Shown: positions 34,048-46,433, counted from the first letter of the stretch. The stretch is DNA of 64,000 bases from Lepidodermella squamata (GCA_047495785.1 JBLDXI010000054.1:868001-932000); one strand, 5' to 3'. The notes: generated by a model from the sequence alone, not told the origin. Made by a program: numbers and translations.

Positions 34048-36297
34048 ATGAACAAATTGCTTCTACTTTTTACACTGATACATAGCGCAGTTACTGAGAA
34101 CCAGAATGATCTAGTTATTCTAACCCAGCTGCCCGCCTTATTCGACAGATGCCGTTTCGCTGTAAATCTCGTCGGAGAAATCGTCAACGAGCGTAAATTG
34201 CTGCCCGGCTACCGAGTGAAATTCATGCACACAGAGGAGATATTTTACACTGCTAACACTGCAGCAGAGGGTGTTAAATTCATCGACCAATACATTCCCT
34301 CAAGCAATAACTACAAATCTCCGATAAGCATTGGCCCAATCGTTACGCCAGGTTGTAAAGCTTGGGGGTCGATCGCAAATCACATGAATATGGTGATGAT
34401 AGCCGGGTCTTGCACGGCTCCGAGCCAGACAGCTAGACGCGATCTTTACCCTAACATGTACAGAGTTCGAGGCCCGATAGAGCTAGGCCTGGTTACTCGG
34501 CTTCATTTCGTCAAGCAATTCACGCCATGGAGAAAGTTGGCAATTATCGTGGATTTGAGCAACGCATTTTCTGTTCAAAGTGGGATTCTATTTAATGGTA
34601 TCGCCACGGCTAACGGGATTAACGTCCAACTTTTCGAGGCATTTCTTGATCTCAACGGTGACTTCATGCAACTTCTTAAAAAGCAAGACATCAGAATCTT
34701 CACATTAGAAACTTCAGAAACGTTAGTATCGCAACTCTTTCTATGTGAGGCGTTCAAAAGCGGGATAACAGGGCGCCGTTTTATCTTCCTTATCCCATCT
34801 GTTGCTTTTTTCGACCCATCGCCTGGTCAGAGCTACCCAAGTGGCTGCTCAAGGGAGAATTACATCGAGCAATTGAAATCAGTGATTGTTGTTGGTTCTA
34901 TCGATGCTGCTCCTGTAGCTTCATCCCGAATGGACGCAATAGGCAACACTCAATCCGGTTTCGAGAAAATCTTATCGGAACGAGCGCAAAATCTATCGAG
35001 ATTAGGCGAATCTCTACGCACCGCATGCTACGACGCAGCTCTTCAAGCCATCATCGCACTTAATGAGACCGAGAAAAACCTATCAAAGTTAAATATGAGC
35101 CTGAAAGATTACCAGAAAAATCCGGAGCTCGTTATGAAGATTGCGAACCAAACAACTAGTTCGATTCGTTACGAAAGCTTGAGATTCAGCAACTTTCATT
35201 ACTCGAGCCGCGGAGAGTGGGACTACGAGCCTCAGGCTGTTATGACGTGGCAACAAGGCAAAGGCTTGATTGTTCGATACGTCGGAACTGTGCTAACGAA
35301 TACAACAAATTTCAACGAGCCAAATATAATTTCGTTCACAGCAATTGAAACACTCGATCCAGCTTCGATGCCTCGAGACTCGCCGGCTATTATTACTGTG
35401 ATTATGGGAGAGCCATTGTCCGTTTACGTCATTCTAACAATTGCTGCAATCGGCTTGTTCTCTTCCCAAGCTGCTTTCATGGCCAAGGGGCATATTGTCG
35501 ATGTGAAGAATCGAAAAGACGTGGCGAGGAATGCACTTTCACTTATAAGCTATTTCTGTCTGTCTTTGTCTGTCCCGCTGATTTCTACGCCATTCTATTT
35601 ACGCTCGAATGCGGTTTGTAATGTAGCGATTGTTTTTATCGTCGGTGGCGTTTCTTCGTTCATAATTGGCATAGTCATTAGGGTCATAAATTACTACGCA
35701 GTGCTGCGACGTCACAACAATATTCGACGTAGGCGAGAGCCTCATATGAATTCATTAGCCACATATTCGTCTTTCCAATCAGTTCAACCCGAAAGACCTC
35801 ATCTTGAAATTGACGTTGAAATTGGAAATGTTCGCCAAGCTGTACTTACGCTCATCTATACGGCTATTAATCTCGCAATCGTCTTAGCTTGGTTGATTGC
35901 GGACCCAGTATATGCCGATTTAGTTTCGGATTCTTTTGATCTCTACGATGAAGTTGCGGACGCTTACACAATAAGGCAATGGAAGATATGCCGATCAAAG
36001 CGAGCTTCTGCCTGGGCGGGAACTCTTGTCACTCTGAACTTTGCTTTGATTCTACTTGGCTTGATTTTTGTGCTGAAATTACAAGCCATGTTGCGGGATT
36101 TAAAAACAAATCCGGTTGTACAATTGGTTAATTTTTCGATGGCATTCACAGCAACCTTGTTCTGCGCATCTGCTGCTATTGGCTACATAATGGCACCTAG
36201 TTTTCAATATGACACCATATTATCTGTATTCTTGCTTGTAACTTCGGCATCGCACAGCTTAATGCTTCGAATACGTTATATTCCTATTTCGCGTTGA
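34048..36297 (+). CDS. Class C (GABA-B-like) orphan GPCR, subfamily B copy 1
   Basis: Signal peptide from ATG 34048; LLPGYRV, RRDLYPNMYRV, WRKLAII, ACYDAAL; 7TM with WLIADP; minimal C-tail; intronless. Confidence 0.85.
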   Translation: MNKLLLLFTLIHSAVTENQNDLVILTQLPALFDRCRFAVNLVGEIVNERKLLPGYRVKFMHTEEIFYTANTAAEGVKFIDQYIPSSNNYKSPISIGPIVTPGCKAWGSIANHMNMVMIAGSCTAPSQTARRDLYPNMYRVRGPIELGLVTRLHFVKQFTPWRKLAIIVDLSNAFSVQSGILFNGIATANGINVQLFEAFLDLNGDFMQLLKKQDIRIFTLETSETLVSQLFLCEAFKSGITGRRFIFLIPSVAFFDPSPGQSYPSGCSRENYIEQLKSVIVVGSIDAAPVASSRMDAIGNTQSGFEKILSERAQNLSRLGESLRTACYDAALQAIIALNETEKNLSKLNMSLKDYQKNPELVMKIANQTTSSIRYESLRFSNFHYSSRGEWDYEPQAVMTWQQGKGLIVRYVGTVLTNTTNFNEPNIISFTAIETLDPASMPRDSPAIITVIMGEPLSVYVILTIAAIGLFSSQAAFMAKGHIVDVKNRKDVARNALSLISYFCLSLSVPLISTPFYLRSNAVCNVAIVFIVGGVSSFIIGIVIRVINYYAVLRRHNNIRRRREPHMNSLATYSSFQSVQPERPHLEIDVEIGNVRQAVLTLIYTAINLAIVLAWLIADPVYADLVSDSFDLYDEVADAYTIRQWKICRSKRASAWAGTLVTLNFALILLGLIFVLKLQAMLRDLKTNPVVQLVNFSMAFTATLFCASAAIGYIMAPSFQYDTILSVFLLVTSASHSLMLRIRYIPISR

Positions 36298-36693
36298 AGC
36301 ACCCTCACGATTGATGATTGATGGCATAAGTTGCTTAGATATTCTATGGCGATGCATTTTTATAAAATAAATGAAATAAATTCCCTGGAACCTTAAAGTT
36401 TTCCGGTTATCCACCGGTAATCTTGTCTTCGTTACCTGCTCTTTGTAAAAAGTAAAAAGGATACCCCTCAATCCATTCCATACTTCGCAGAGCTACAGCA
36501 TGTTACGATTAGAAATTGACGAAATGCGACCCTTTTTATTTCGATTTTTCACTTTTCATGCAGCATGCAAGATGCCTGCTGAAATATTATCGAAGCTCAT
36601 TGCGAGAGACAGAAGCAGGAGCTTTGCGATATGAGAAGAATTAGACATACTCCGCGACAGCAGCTGTTCCTAGGAAATGTTGCCACAATCGAT

Positions 36694-37915
36694 TTAATGA
36701 CGACGAGGTTCCACGCGCCCACGAGTCAACGTCATCGAAAACTTTTTCCGTCCTTTGTTGAGCCTATCAAAAAATGACTCGATATGAGTCGGCGTGATAC
36801 ACTGCAGCACTGAACTGATCAACCCGCCGGCCATAATGCTGAGCATTGCCAGCTTTCTTATCCAAGCAAACTCCGCCCGCCATGCACCCAGTGACCACAT
36901 ACTAACCAAGAAAGTCGAGATGAATCCTGGAATGTAACTGATGACAAAGAGTATGAATAATCCCAACGACATTTTGACGAGATATATCTCTTTCCTCTGC
37001 CATTCGGCCAGGCGGGCCACGGATTTCAAGGTGGCATAAAGGGAGGTAGGGCTAGCTTGAACAGTAAATCCGCCTCGAGATTTCTTCAAATGGTCAATGG
37101 TTTTGAAAATCTTCCAATAATTGATCCCCAAATATAACGAAGAGCTCGCGAATAATGACGCGTAGTACACGACGCCTAAGAAAGTTGTGTCGAAATCGCC
37201 ATAGAAGCTGTAATCGAAATTTCCACAAATTTGAACAGGCTGAGTTTTGTTAAATTCCTCCATTATGACCCATTTCGCAGTGAAAGTGTTCCATGGCCAC
37301 CAAGCGAAGATACCATTAAGCAGCATACACAAGCCCAGCAAAAGAAGAGTTACCCCACAAATCTCCGGGAAAATTATTGTCGAGTATTGGTTAAAAAATG
37401 ATGAAACCTTAAACTTACCTTGAAACTGTTTGGTTTATATAGTTGATTTTGTGAGACGAGATGCAGAGGCGCCTTTCGTACGAAATTGAAGCTGTGATGA
37501 GTAAACCGAACCCACCCATCGACCATATGAGCCACAAAGACGTCGTACATGCTAAAGGATCTGCCTCCCACCAACCTGTTTTAAGAGTAATCAAGAGCCC
37601 ATAACAATACGTACAGGCAAAAACGCCATCTCGAACGTGTAAGCAACAGGTGAGAATGAGAAAATCGATCTTAACCCTGCGTTGGACATAAACGATGACA
37701 TTTGTGATTGACGCGATGATCGACAGACAGGTGATAAGGTAACAAGCAACAACCCAACCTAGCCGGTCTTCCATGGCCGTTGTGGTGACGTCGTGGTAGA
37801 AAGAAATGAAATAAGGCTTTGATCGTCCGTAGCCTCGATCTGGCAAGTCGACATCGATCCAACCCCCGTTGGCTACCCGAGCTATTGGGTACGTTGAATG
37901 GGTTTGATTTTTCAT
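36694..37915 (-). pseudogene. PDRGYGR-family GPCR paralog 4 with a +2 frameshift
   Basis: AACTATATAAACC at about 37432-37444, versus AACTATAAACC in paralog 1, shifts the frame just before intron 37363-37418. The acceptor is GAG rather than YAG. Could be an assembly error. Confidence 0.7.
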
Positions 37916-39005
37916 TAGCTAGTCTTTAGAAAATAGTTCTGTATATGATTCGCACGGTAAACCGAATGTCAGAAACGATTTCTAGACTGATTTTGAGCGA
38001 CATTCCTGCTTTTAGTATCCTGTTATTTACGGCGACTACTCTTTTGCGTTTTGCTAAGAGACTCTTCCGGCTTACGGCTCATGCAAACTGATGCTTTTCT
38101 GATGCATTTGAAATGAAATTATTTTACTATAACTCTTGAAAATATTGTTCATCTCAAAGCCACTGTGACAATTGCAATCCGTGACTATATTTGGATTGTC
38201 TGATGCACAACTCTAAGTCTGCTGGTTCATCCATAGCTTGGAAATTTGAGTAAACAAAATACTAGAGGGCGATTTCCGAAGGTCTCCGTCCATAAAGTTT
38301 CAATGTTAAAAAAATGCATCGATTGGTCCGGTCGAAGTGTAAAGTGGATGCGTAGTGATCTCGCGACATACGCGACTGACTGTTTCCTGTTCTTCAACTC
38401 ACTTAACCTTGCTTTTCCCAGGTGACATGCGGCACGTTTCTCGTAACAACACTCAGAATTATCGTGACGCATGTTTTTCAAGCGCCACATTTGCCGAACC
38501 TTGAGACCGACCACGGCATATTTCGATTCAAACGTCGGTGGCCAAGAGTTCTAGCTTCAAAAACCTGATGTTAATTTAATGAAAATGGAGCATTTATTAT
38601 AAGAAAATAATGGCAGAAATGGATTTTATTTTAAAACAGCGATCCGATCCAATGAGAAAATAATTAAATTTATGGTGGATAACATACCGTAGTTACCGAA
38701 ATATAAGCCCCCACTCGTTTAGAAGCCTGTCTCGATTAGAAGCCTAGGTAAATTGAAATTCGTCGATGCATAGTCCTATCTCGAATAGTAGAAAGCTGTT
38801 GGTTTTATTGTTTCAAAACGAAAATAAAAGCACCGGCCACGATTGGGCTTTGGGCGCATCAGAAATATCGTTATAATAATATCGTATAATATACTAGAAA
38901 AGACGGGCGCGCGTACCGCGCGCCTCGTATGTTACTAATTGGCGTATACTTGTTATTTCCAAATTAAGCAGATTAAAGCGGAAGAAGGGTGTTGAAAAAC
39001 TTTTT

Positions 39006-42000
39006 TTATTTACAAAAAACTTCACGGTACACAATGTTCCGAGTAATCGGCAATTCAGTCGCTGGCCACTTCTTCACATAGCAGTAGAGATTTCGCGGGT
39101 CGGTGACGCGTGATAAGGCAACGTACAACTGTCCGTGGGAGAAAACCTCACTGCGATGCAGAGAAAGACCAACGAACTGAAAAGTTTGTCCCTGACTTTT
39201 GTTAATTGAGCAGCAGAAAGCTAACCGCACCGGAAACTGGCGGCGGCGAATAGCGATCGGCACTCCCTCTTGGTCTGAGATCAAAGGAATTCTCGGAATT
39301 TGAGCCAAATTGCCAGCGCAGGCCCCAGTCAATATGCGAGCTTCCAAGACGTTCTGGCGCATGCGGGTAATAGTCAGCCGCGTGCCATTACAAAGGCCGG
39401 ATGAGGGGTCCAGGTTGCGCAGCAACATGATGGGCGCGCCGATCTTTAAAGTCAGCCGATGAGGAGGAAGACTGGGCGGGGTGAAACTGTTGAGAACTTC
39501 TGTGGGATAGAAAGGCTTGAGATTCGGGTTCTCGACGGAATCGCAACTCAGGAAGACCTGTTCTTGTTCGGGGACGGAGCGCAATATCTGGAAAAAGACA
39601 ATGTTGGTAATGGCAACAACAGACCGCCGACAAATTCCTACCTCAGCGTTAAGGGCATCCACCTCGTCGTTACGTGCGGCAAGGATACATCGTTCCGACA
39701 AATATTGAGGTCTGCGATAGCCGCTTTTTACGTCACCATAAACGGAGTTTATCAGGTCGGAAAGCCTTTCGACACAATTAATCGGTTCCGGGAGGGAAAT
39801 CGTTTCAAGATGAAGTGGATCGGGTCCTTTAGCGACACCGTCCCCAACCGACAATAGCCAAGGTGCGAAAGAGGAAACCGCAGGGTCGGTAACGACGCGC
39901 ATGTTTTGACTCAGAGTGAGCTGTTTCACGCGATGCCAGAAAACCGATCGGGTTAAACACTGCTCAACGATTTTATGACGACCGCCTTTAGGCACAACAG
40001 GCAAGCACTGCCTGAAATCTCCGCCAATAACCGTCGTAATGCCTGTGGTGTGAAGTGGAGAAAGTTATTGAAGGAGATTTTAGTAAGTAGTAAACCTACC
40101 ACCAAAAAGAGCGTCGTTCTTCCGGATGTCTTGTAGTGTTCTGTTGACAGCTTCGAAAGTGTACCGACTCATCATGGGTCCTTCATCCCATACGATGAGC
40201 TTAGCGCGCCTGATGAGCTCAGCAACGGAACTGCGTACAGATATGGCACATGTCGATGATTCATGAATGTTGATTGGTATTTTGAATCGATAGTGCGCCG
40301 TTTTACCACCTGTCAATAGCAGAGCTGCTATGCCTGATGAAGCACACGCGAGAGCAACATGACCTTCAGAGCGAACCTAAATAAAGACAACAAATTACTT
40401 GAACCGTTATGATATAACATCAAGAAATACTACCTTAGCCAGAAGCAAGTTGAATAAGAATGTTTTGCCGCAGCCGCCATGAGCATTTAGCATGAAAACT
40501 TGGGGATCATCATTGAAGATGGCATTTTCAATGGCATCCCTCGCAACACGCTGGTCGTTATTTAAGAGTTCGGACTTTTCATTAACGAAAACCTTCAATG
40601 ATTCTCGATCGTAATCGGTCTCTTCACGCAAAACTGCAGCGGTAACCAAGTCATTGTTGACCAATGGCATGTCTGGAAAATCGGACAACGATTTCCCGTG
40701 TTGATTCAGACAATTTTCGATTTCGGAAAGGGCTTTGTTCCGCACGTAATCGGAAACGAAGGTCAAATTTTCGGCATACATGAAGTCTTCGCATAAGTTA
40801 ACTTCGAACTGCTGCCAAATGTTCTGAGGATTTGTCGGATTGCTGTACAGCAGATGCGTAGCAAAGAGACGTCTCAGTTGGACAGGCATTTGAAATTGGC
40901 ATGCCTCTATCATGCTGTGTTCGACTTCGTCCTCGTTCTCGACCAAATGACGCGCTCTGCAAGCGTCTAGGAACGTAGGGTGAAGGACTCCATCATGTGT
41001 TCGCAGGTCCTCATAGGATACTGGCCCTTTAACGACATGCAGGAGCAGTCGAAGATGATACAAATCACTGGTGGGTGGACACGTAAAAATGCGTAGTGCA
41101 TCTGGCGGGTGATGAAACTCCGGAAATTTTACTTTACCACCGCCACAGCACAGCTTGAAGACGGGAAAAGCTTTCGAACCACTACTCTTCTCGTCGAGCC
41201 AAAATTTGGCGCCGCAATGATTGCATAGGTAGTTCATGCCACCGAGATTGTGAGTTTCGGTGTCATCGGAAACCAATCCTTTCCGAGCAAGTCTGTATGT
41301 TCTTTTGGATGGTCGACGAACAGCTTCTTCCGCCTCTTGACCTAAATATCAGAAAGTAATTAGTAAAAATAATATTCATCGGGGTTGAGGCTTACCAGGG
41401 TCAAAGGTGGGATGAATTTCTTCATCATCAATTGAGCGTTGAAGCATTTCGAAAATTTCAGGAGGAAGATGCTCATCTTCATCAACATTACTGATAATCT
41501 CTGGCGGCTGTCGGTTTTCACTGTTGGGCCGTCGAGGTACTTGTTGTACAGGTCGCGGCGAAGCCAGCGGTGACAAAACAGACACTGGGCGTATCACTTG
41601 ACGCATTGTTGGTCGAATCGGAGTAGATGAGAGGCTTGCAGACCTTGCTCGGGGAGGAGGTGCAGGCGATGATGGATGGTAGATTTCAAAATATCGAGGC
41701 GGAGCCCAGATTGGTGGGCTGCATAAGTCTGGAGAACCTATTTATGCATTTTCAGATAACGAAGTTCATGGATTCTTGTGTAGAAATATTACTCGATGAT
41801 CTAACAGGCGTGAAAGAAGGAGTTGATATCAAGCGGGCAACAGGTAACGGGCGGATATGACGGACTGGTGGTGTTGCCAACACGGGTGCTTGCGGCGGAA
41901 GTCGGGAAGGGCCTAAATGTAATTAATTTGAGAAACACAGTTAGTAGGTAAATGAACTAACCGGGAACAGGTGACATAAACGCTTGCCGCACTGCAAAGA

Positions 42001-42232
42001 ACGATTTGGGTTTTATCAATGATTACTGCTTGCAAATTCTCAAACCTGAAACATTAGAGGTGGATGGTCGGTTTGGTGGTTCAGAAGGAGAGCGCTCATT
42101 TCTGGCTGGGGGCTTTGTCACATTGCTCTCAGAGTTAGAACGACTTGTTCGCTGTGCCTGTTGGTCTTTCCGCTTCTTAGCACGATAGGCGTCGCCAGCT
42201 TCTGTGAGTGTCGGCTTACGTTTCCGACCCAT
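39006..42232 (-). CDS. Helitron-derived protein: low-complexity N-terminus + CxxC/CC module + PIF1-family helicase; HUH/Rep domain absent
   Basis: Seven GT-AG introns (41992-42045, 41913-41961, 41738-41792, 41342-41395, 40377-40433, 40043-40099, 39588-39641) give one open frame. Motifs GGCGKTF, ASSGIAA, IVWDEGPM, GGDFRQCLPV, LCNGTRL, INKSQGQT, FSHGQLYVALSRV. Confidence 0.85.
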
Positions 42233-42866
42233 AAACTATAGGTTAGCAGATTATAACTTCACTCTAATGACTGAAATAAGACAAATTAAGGCATATAACG
42301 GAGTAAGGATTCCAATCTTTTTGACTCGATCATCAGAGAATCGGAGAATCAAAGCTAAGATTAAAAGTTGAAATCGGAGATACCTCTCTCCGGCTCAATA
42401 ATTGCTGTAATTTTATTGTGACAGATGTTAATAAAGCAGTTTTACGGGTGAGACGATTGTTTATTCTTTTATTAAAACACATCAGAAGAACAGTTATTTC
42501 TGAATTGAGAATGCGGGAGCAGGGTTGTTCAACAGCTGCGACCGGGTTGACCGCCGGCGAGAAACTGCTTAGGAAAACACTGCGAAAAATGCTTTTCAAC
42601 CGCATTAAATGCATTTAATGTTTATTAGTAATTTCATTTATTGAAAAAAAATAATATTTAATATTTAATCGTTTTTATTTCATCCCTGCAAAGTTTATCC
42701 GAAGTCTTCTTACGTTTGTTATGTTGTTAATAATAAATGTAATATAGCACAGTATGGTACCACACACACAAAAATATCATAGGCAGAGGTAGTTTTTTCC
42801 AGAGTGATGCTCAGAGTAATATTTATTCACATTTTTTATTAATATTGCCGATATAGTTGGTCAAGA

Positions 42867-45800
42867 TTAGGTAGATGGAATAGGCGGATATGTATGCAAT
42901 TTTAGAGTCATCCGGTAATTGTAGGCGAGGGATAGTAATTTCGATAAATGTGCAGAGCCGCTAGATTCACAGCAAATTATAGAATTAATTATGTCAGTTT
43001 TATCAGGTTTCATTTCAGCGTTATTTATATTATGTAGATACGGCAAGTAGTTGCATTCTAGGTATAGGTGAGTTAAAAGTTCTACTGAGTCAGCGAAGCT
43101 ATTTAGAGATAGGACGGGATTGTTACTATTTTTATAGCAGAAAATACATCTAAGGCCGAAGTTATTTATATAGCAAAACGGTTTATGAATGGAATTAGTT
43201 CTAATCATAGCTAGCGTTTGGATATTTTTAAGTGACCAGAAAGCTTGCCGCGTACTCGAGTACATTAGTAGTTTGTCAAATTTTTCTTCAGAGTAAACAG
43301 GATTTTGATAGAGCGATTTTAGAGAAGAGGCCGTCGACAATTTGTCATTTTCGACCCATTTCTCATACCATCTCTCAAGCAGGGCTAGGCCCTCAAATTT
43401 AGATGTAGCATTGAAAATTTCTTTTCCGCCCAGTTTTTCAACATCTTCTGGTAAATTTTTGAAGATATGTTTATATAGATTTTTGTTTGAGTCAATTATT
43501 TCGAAAGCTGTCTTCAGCAGTATATGGTTGTCCTCGAATTTGAGTTTAAGAAAGTGACGTATAGCTGCTTTAGTGAGGATTAGGCTTGGAGGGTCTAGGT
43601 AGAATTCACGTTTCACGAGCTCGTCTCTCGCCGCGGCGGGAATTCGGCAGAGCTGTTTTACGAAATGAGTATTGAAAGGAAAAATTTTGGCCTTTTTTGA
43701 TTGACCCCAAAATCCTCCAGCATAGGAATAGTTGCTAACCAGATAGGAATTATAGAGAAGGTGAAACGTTTTGGGTGGTAGATATGTGGTGAACCGATCG
43801 ATCATGTTGGGTATAAAAGCGGCAATTCGTTTCGCATTCGCATTGACAACCTCCACCATTTTATCAAAATTCAAATTATTAGTAAAATAAACTCCTAGGT
43901 ATTTAAATTCTTTAACTCTTTCGAGTTGTTCGCCGTTTAGATAAAATTTTAGTTGATTATTCTCAACAAATTTCTTTTCAAAAATCAAGATTTTTGTTTT
44001 ATCGACGTTAATTATTAATGAATTTTCTTCAGCATAAGCTACTAGCTCATCCAGGAGGCTCTGCAGCTGCTCAGCGCTTTCTGCCAGTAGGACCAAGTCA
44101 TCGGCGTATAGGATTGCCAAGACTACATATTCACCGAAGGTCAAGCCAGGGAAAACTTTCATTAGGAAAGGAATGAGATCGTTTATAAAAATTGAAAACA
44201 AAAGTGGTGATAATGGGTCACCCTGTCGGACTCCCACGTTTGACTTTATTGGCTTATCGAATAGAATAGTCGATTTCATTCTAAGCAGCAATGTATTGTC
44301 GGCATACATGTTCCTAATGACCTCAATAAAGGACAAAGGCAGTCCTATTTTTCTAAGCTTCTTCATTAAGAGAGCACGGCTAATTTTGTCGAACGCATTT
44401 GAAAAATCTACGAAGGCTGTGTATATTTTCTTTTTCCTAGTAAGGTAATAAGCCACGATGGCGTAGAATAGAGTACACGCATCTACTGTGCCTATTTTTG
44501 GCGTGAATCCGAACTGTTCGGGTCGCAAAATCTTTTTAGCCGTGCACCATTCTCGCAAGCGTTTCTCTAGGATACTTGAAAATATTTTGGAAAATACTGA
44601 CAGAAGTGAGATAGGTCTATAATTTTTAGGATCTAATCGGCTGTTTTTCTTATAAATAGGGATCAGCAATGCTTTACGCCAGCATTCTGGGTATTCGCCC
44701 GTTTCAAGGATCTTAGTATATAGAACTGCTAGGAAGGGATATAAACCCCGTTTACAGCCGTCTAATTTCAGACATTCGTAGTCAATTTGGTCTATTCCGG
44801 CGCAGGAACTAGAATTAGATTTAGATATAATAAACTCTATTTCTTCTATTGATACTGGTTTTACGAGAGCTAGGTCATGTGGGTCGTTCGTAACCCGTGC
44901 TACAACTGCTGGCGACGCGGGGCTGACAGGTCCCGTTGTTGAGGCTGTGAACAGCTGGCTGAAAAAACTAATTATTTCTGTGGCATCAGGCAAATCAACG
45001 TTGGTTTCTATGCTCTTCAGACGGTCGAGTTCTTTGGCAAGTTTGAAAAAATCAGACGGGTGTGTTTCGAGTAAGTCGGCAAATTCTACGGCTTCCGCCT
45101 TCAGGCTGTCCTCAAGCTGTTCTTTTTTCAAGCGGAGTAACTGCTTGTATTCTACTTCGTGTTTATCCATCTCAGCTTTATATAGCGAGTTTGAAGGATG
45201 TCTAGTAGCTAGTTTCCTAGATTTTCTAACTATTTCACGTTTGATTTGGCATTCGCCGTCAAAAAACGATACATGCTCTGAGTTTTCTTGCCTCTGTTTT
45301 TTGAAGTATAGAGCTTTTTTACCCGTTTTATATAGCTTAAGGATTAGCGAATTCAGGGTATCGTTGCGTTCGCGCTCATCGACCTCGAACCTTTCCCACA
45401 GCGATGCGAAATAACTCTTGTTAACCCGAAAATCAACCTGATGACCAGAGATATCCTCCTCGCTATTCCCAATGTTAAGCTCGGTGTTCAAAGTCAGACA
45501 GATCGCGTAGTGATCAGAGATCCCCTCACCTAAAATTACTTCGAAATCATGAATTTTTTCGAACAGAGTCTCGGAGGCAAGCGCGTAGTCGACTACAGTG
45601 AAAGCTTGTTTATGATTGTCCCCCAATTTTTTATGCGTAAATTCGCCAAATTCATCCGAGGTTGTCGTACCGTTGACAATATAGAGACCCATTTCATCTA
45701 GTTTTTCGAAAAAGAAGTTACGATTGGAGGTACTCGATTTTGATAGTTCCATATCTCTCGATTTTCTGGGCGGTATTTGATTGTGAAAAAAATTAATATT

Positions 45801-46433
45801 TCGGTCTAGTGGTTCAAAAGATTTATTAATGTTGCCCGTTCGTATGTTCAAATCGCCCATCATAATAATTTCGATTTTTTTGGGGTTAGCGAGGTTTTCA
45901 ATGCGAATTTGAGATTGAATTTCTGTGATTTTGTTTATTGCCTCGGACCATAATTTTTTAAAACGACCTTGAGCTTTTTTAGGTTTAGAGTTAGGATTAG
46001 TGTGAGATTTTCGCCGCTCTTTTTCGATTTTTTCAGATTTTTCAGGTAATATGTAGCAAAAGGCAATTATCATAATTGAATCCTTTAGTTCAAGTTTGAG
46101 GACAACCAAGTAGCTTGATTTGAAAAGCAAGGTCAAAATTGATTTTAAAGAACTGTGAATATATATAATTATACCTCCAGACAAACTTCTACCTCTCGAT
46201 GCGGCAAGTTTTTTAGCTGGGGAATGAATTACATAAAAATCTTTACGTAAAAGCGGAGGCACCAATTTGGCATCATGCCACGTTTCCAATAGGGCGACGA
46301 CTAGATATTTCTTAAGCAAATAAATAATATCCGGATATGATTCTAACCTAAATTTAAAGATATTCCAGGCAACAAAAGATATCAGTTTAACAGTCAAGTC
46401 AAAATCTAGAGAGGTGCTTGTAACATTCATCAT
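42867..46433 (-). CDS. LINE ORF2: APE endonuclease + reverse transcriptase + C-terminal CCHC
   Basis: WNI, ETW, GDLN, VVDY, SDH; YRPISLL, QFGF, FVDFSNAFD, GVRQGDPLSPLLF, YADD, FKYLG; CIFC…HLYLEC. Confidence 0.95.
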   Translation of the reverse strand: MMNVTSTSLDFDLTVKLISFVAWNIFKFRLESYPDIIYLLKKYLVVALLETWHDAKLVPPLLRKDFYVIHSPAKKLAASRGRSLSGGIIIYIHSSLKSILTLLFKSSYLVVLKLELKDSIMIIAFCYILPEKSEKIEKERRKSHTNPNSKPKKAQGRFKKLWSEAINKITEIQSQIRIENLANPKKIEIIMMGDLNIRTGNINKSFEPLDRNINFFHNQIPPRKSRDMELSKSSTSNRNFFFEKLDEMGLYIVNGTTTSDEFGEFTHKKLGDNHKQAFTVVDYALASETLFEKIHDFEVILGEGISDHYAICLTLNTELNIGNSEEDISGHQVDFRVNKSYFASLWERFEVDERERNDTLNSLILKLYKTGKKALYFKKQRQENSEHVSFFDGECQIKREIVRKSRKLATRHPSNSLYKAEMDKHEVEYKQLLRLKKEQLEDSLKAEAVEFADLLETHPSDFFKLAKELDRLKSIETNVDLPDATEIISFFSQLFTASTTGPVSPASPAVVARVTNDPHDLALVKPVSIEEIEFIISKSNSSSCAGIDQIDYECLKLDGCKRGLYPFLAVLYTKILETGEYPECWRKALLIPIYKKNSRLDPKNYRPISLLSVFSKIFSSILEKRLREWCTAKKILRPEQFGFTPKIGTVDACTLFYAIVAYYLTRKKKIYTAFVDFSNAFDKISRALLMKKLRKIGLPLSFIEVIRNMYADNTLLLRMKSTILFDKPIKSNVGVRQGDPLSPLLFSIFINDLIPFLMKVFPGLTFGEYVVLAILYADDLVLLAESAEQLQSLLDELVAYAEENSLIINVDKTKILIFEKKFVENNQLKFYLNGEQLERVKEFKYLGVYFTNNLNFDKMVEVVNANAKRIAAFIPNMIDRFTTYLPPKTFHLLYNSYLVSNYSYAGGFWGQSKKAKIFPFNTHFVKQLCRIPAAARDELVKREFYLDPPSLILTKAAIRHFLKLKFEDNHILLKTAFEIIDSNKNLYKHIFKNLPEDVEKLGGKEIFNATSKFEGLALLERWYEKWVENDKLSTASSLKSLYQNPVYSEEKFDKLLMYSSTRQAFWSLKNIQTLAMIRTNSIHKPFCYINNFGLRCIFCYKNSNNPVLSLNSFADSVELLTHLYLECNYLPYLHNINNAEMKPDKTDIINSIICCESSGSAHLSKLLSLAYNYRMTLKLHTYPPIPST

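Larger units (their letters stand above)
30380..36312. repeat. Segmental duplication copy A (LamG-EGF gene + class C GPCR, divergently oriented)
   Basis: Collinear similarity in coding and intergenic DNA to about 53397-60318; partial third copy at about 48170-50760. Confidence 0.85.
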
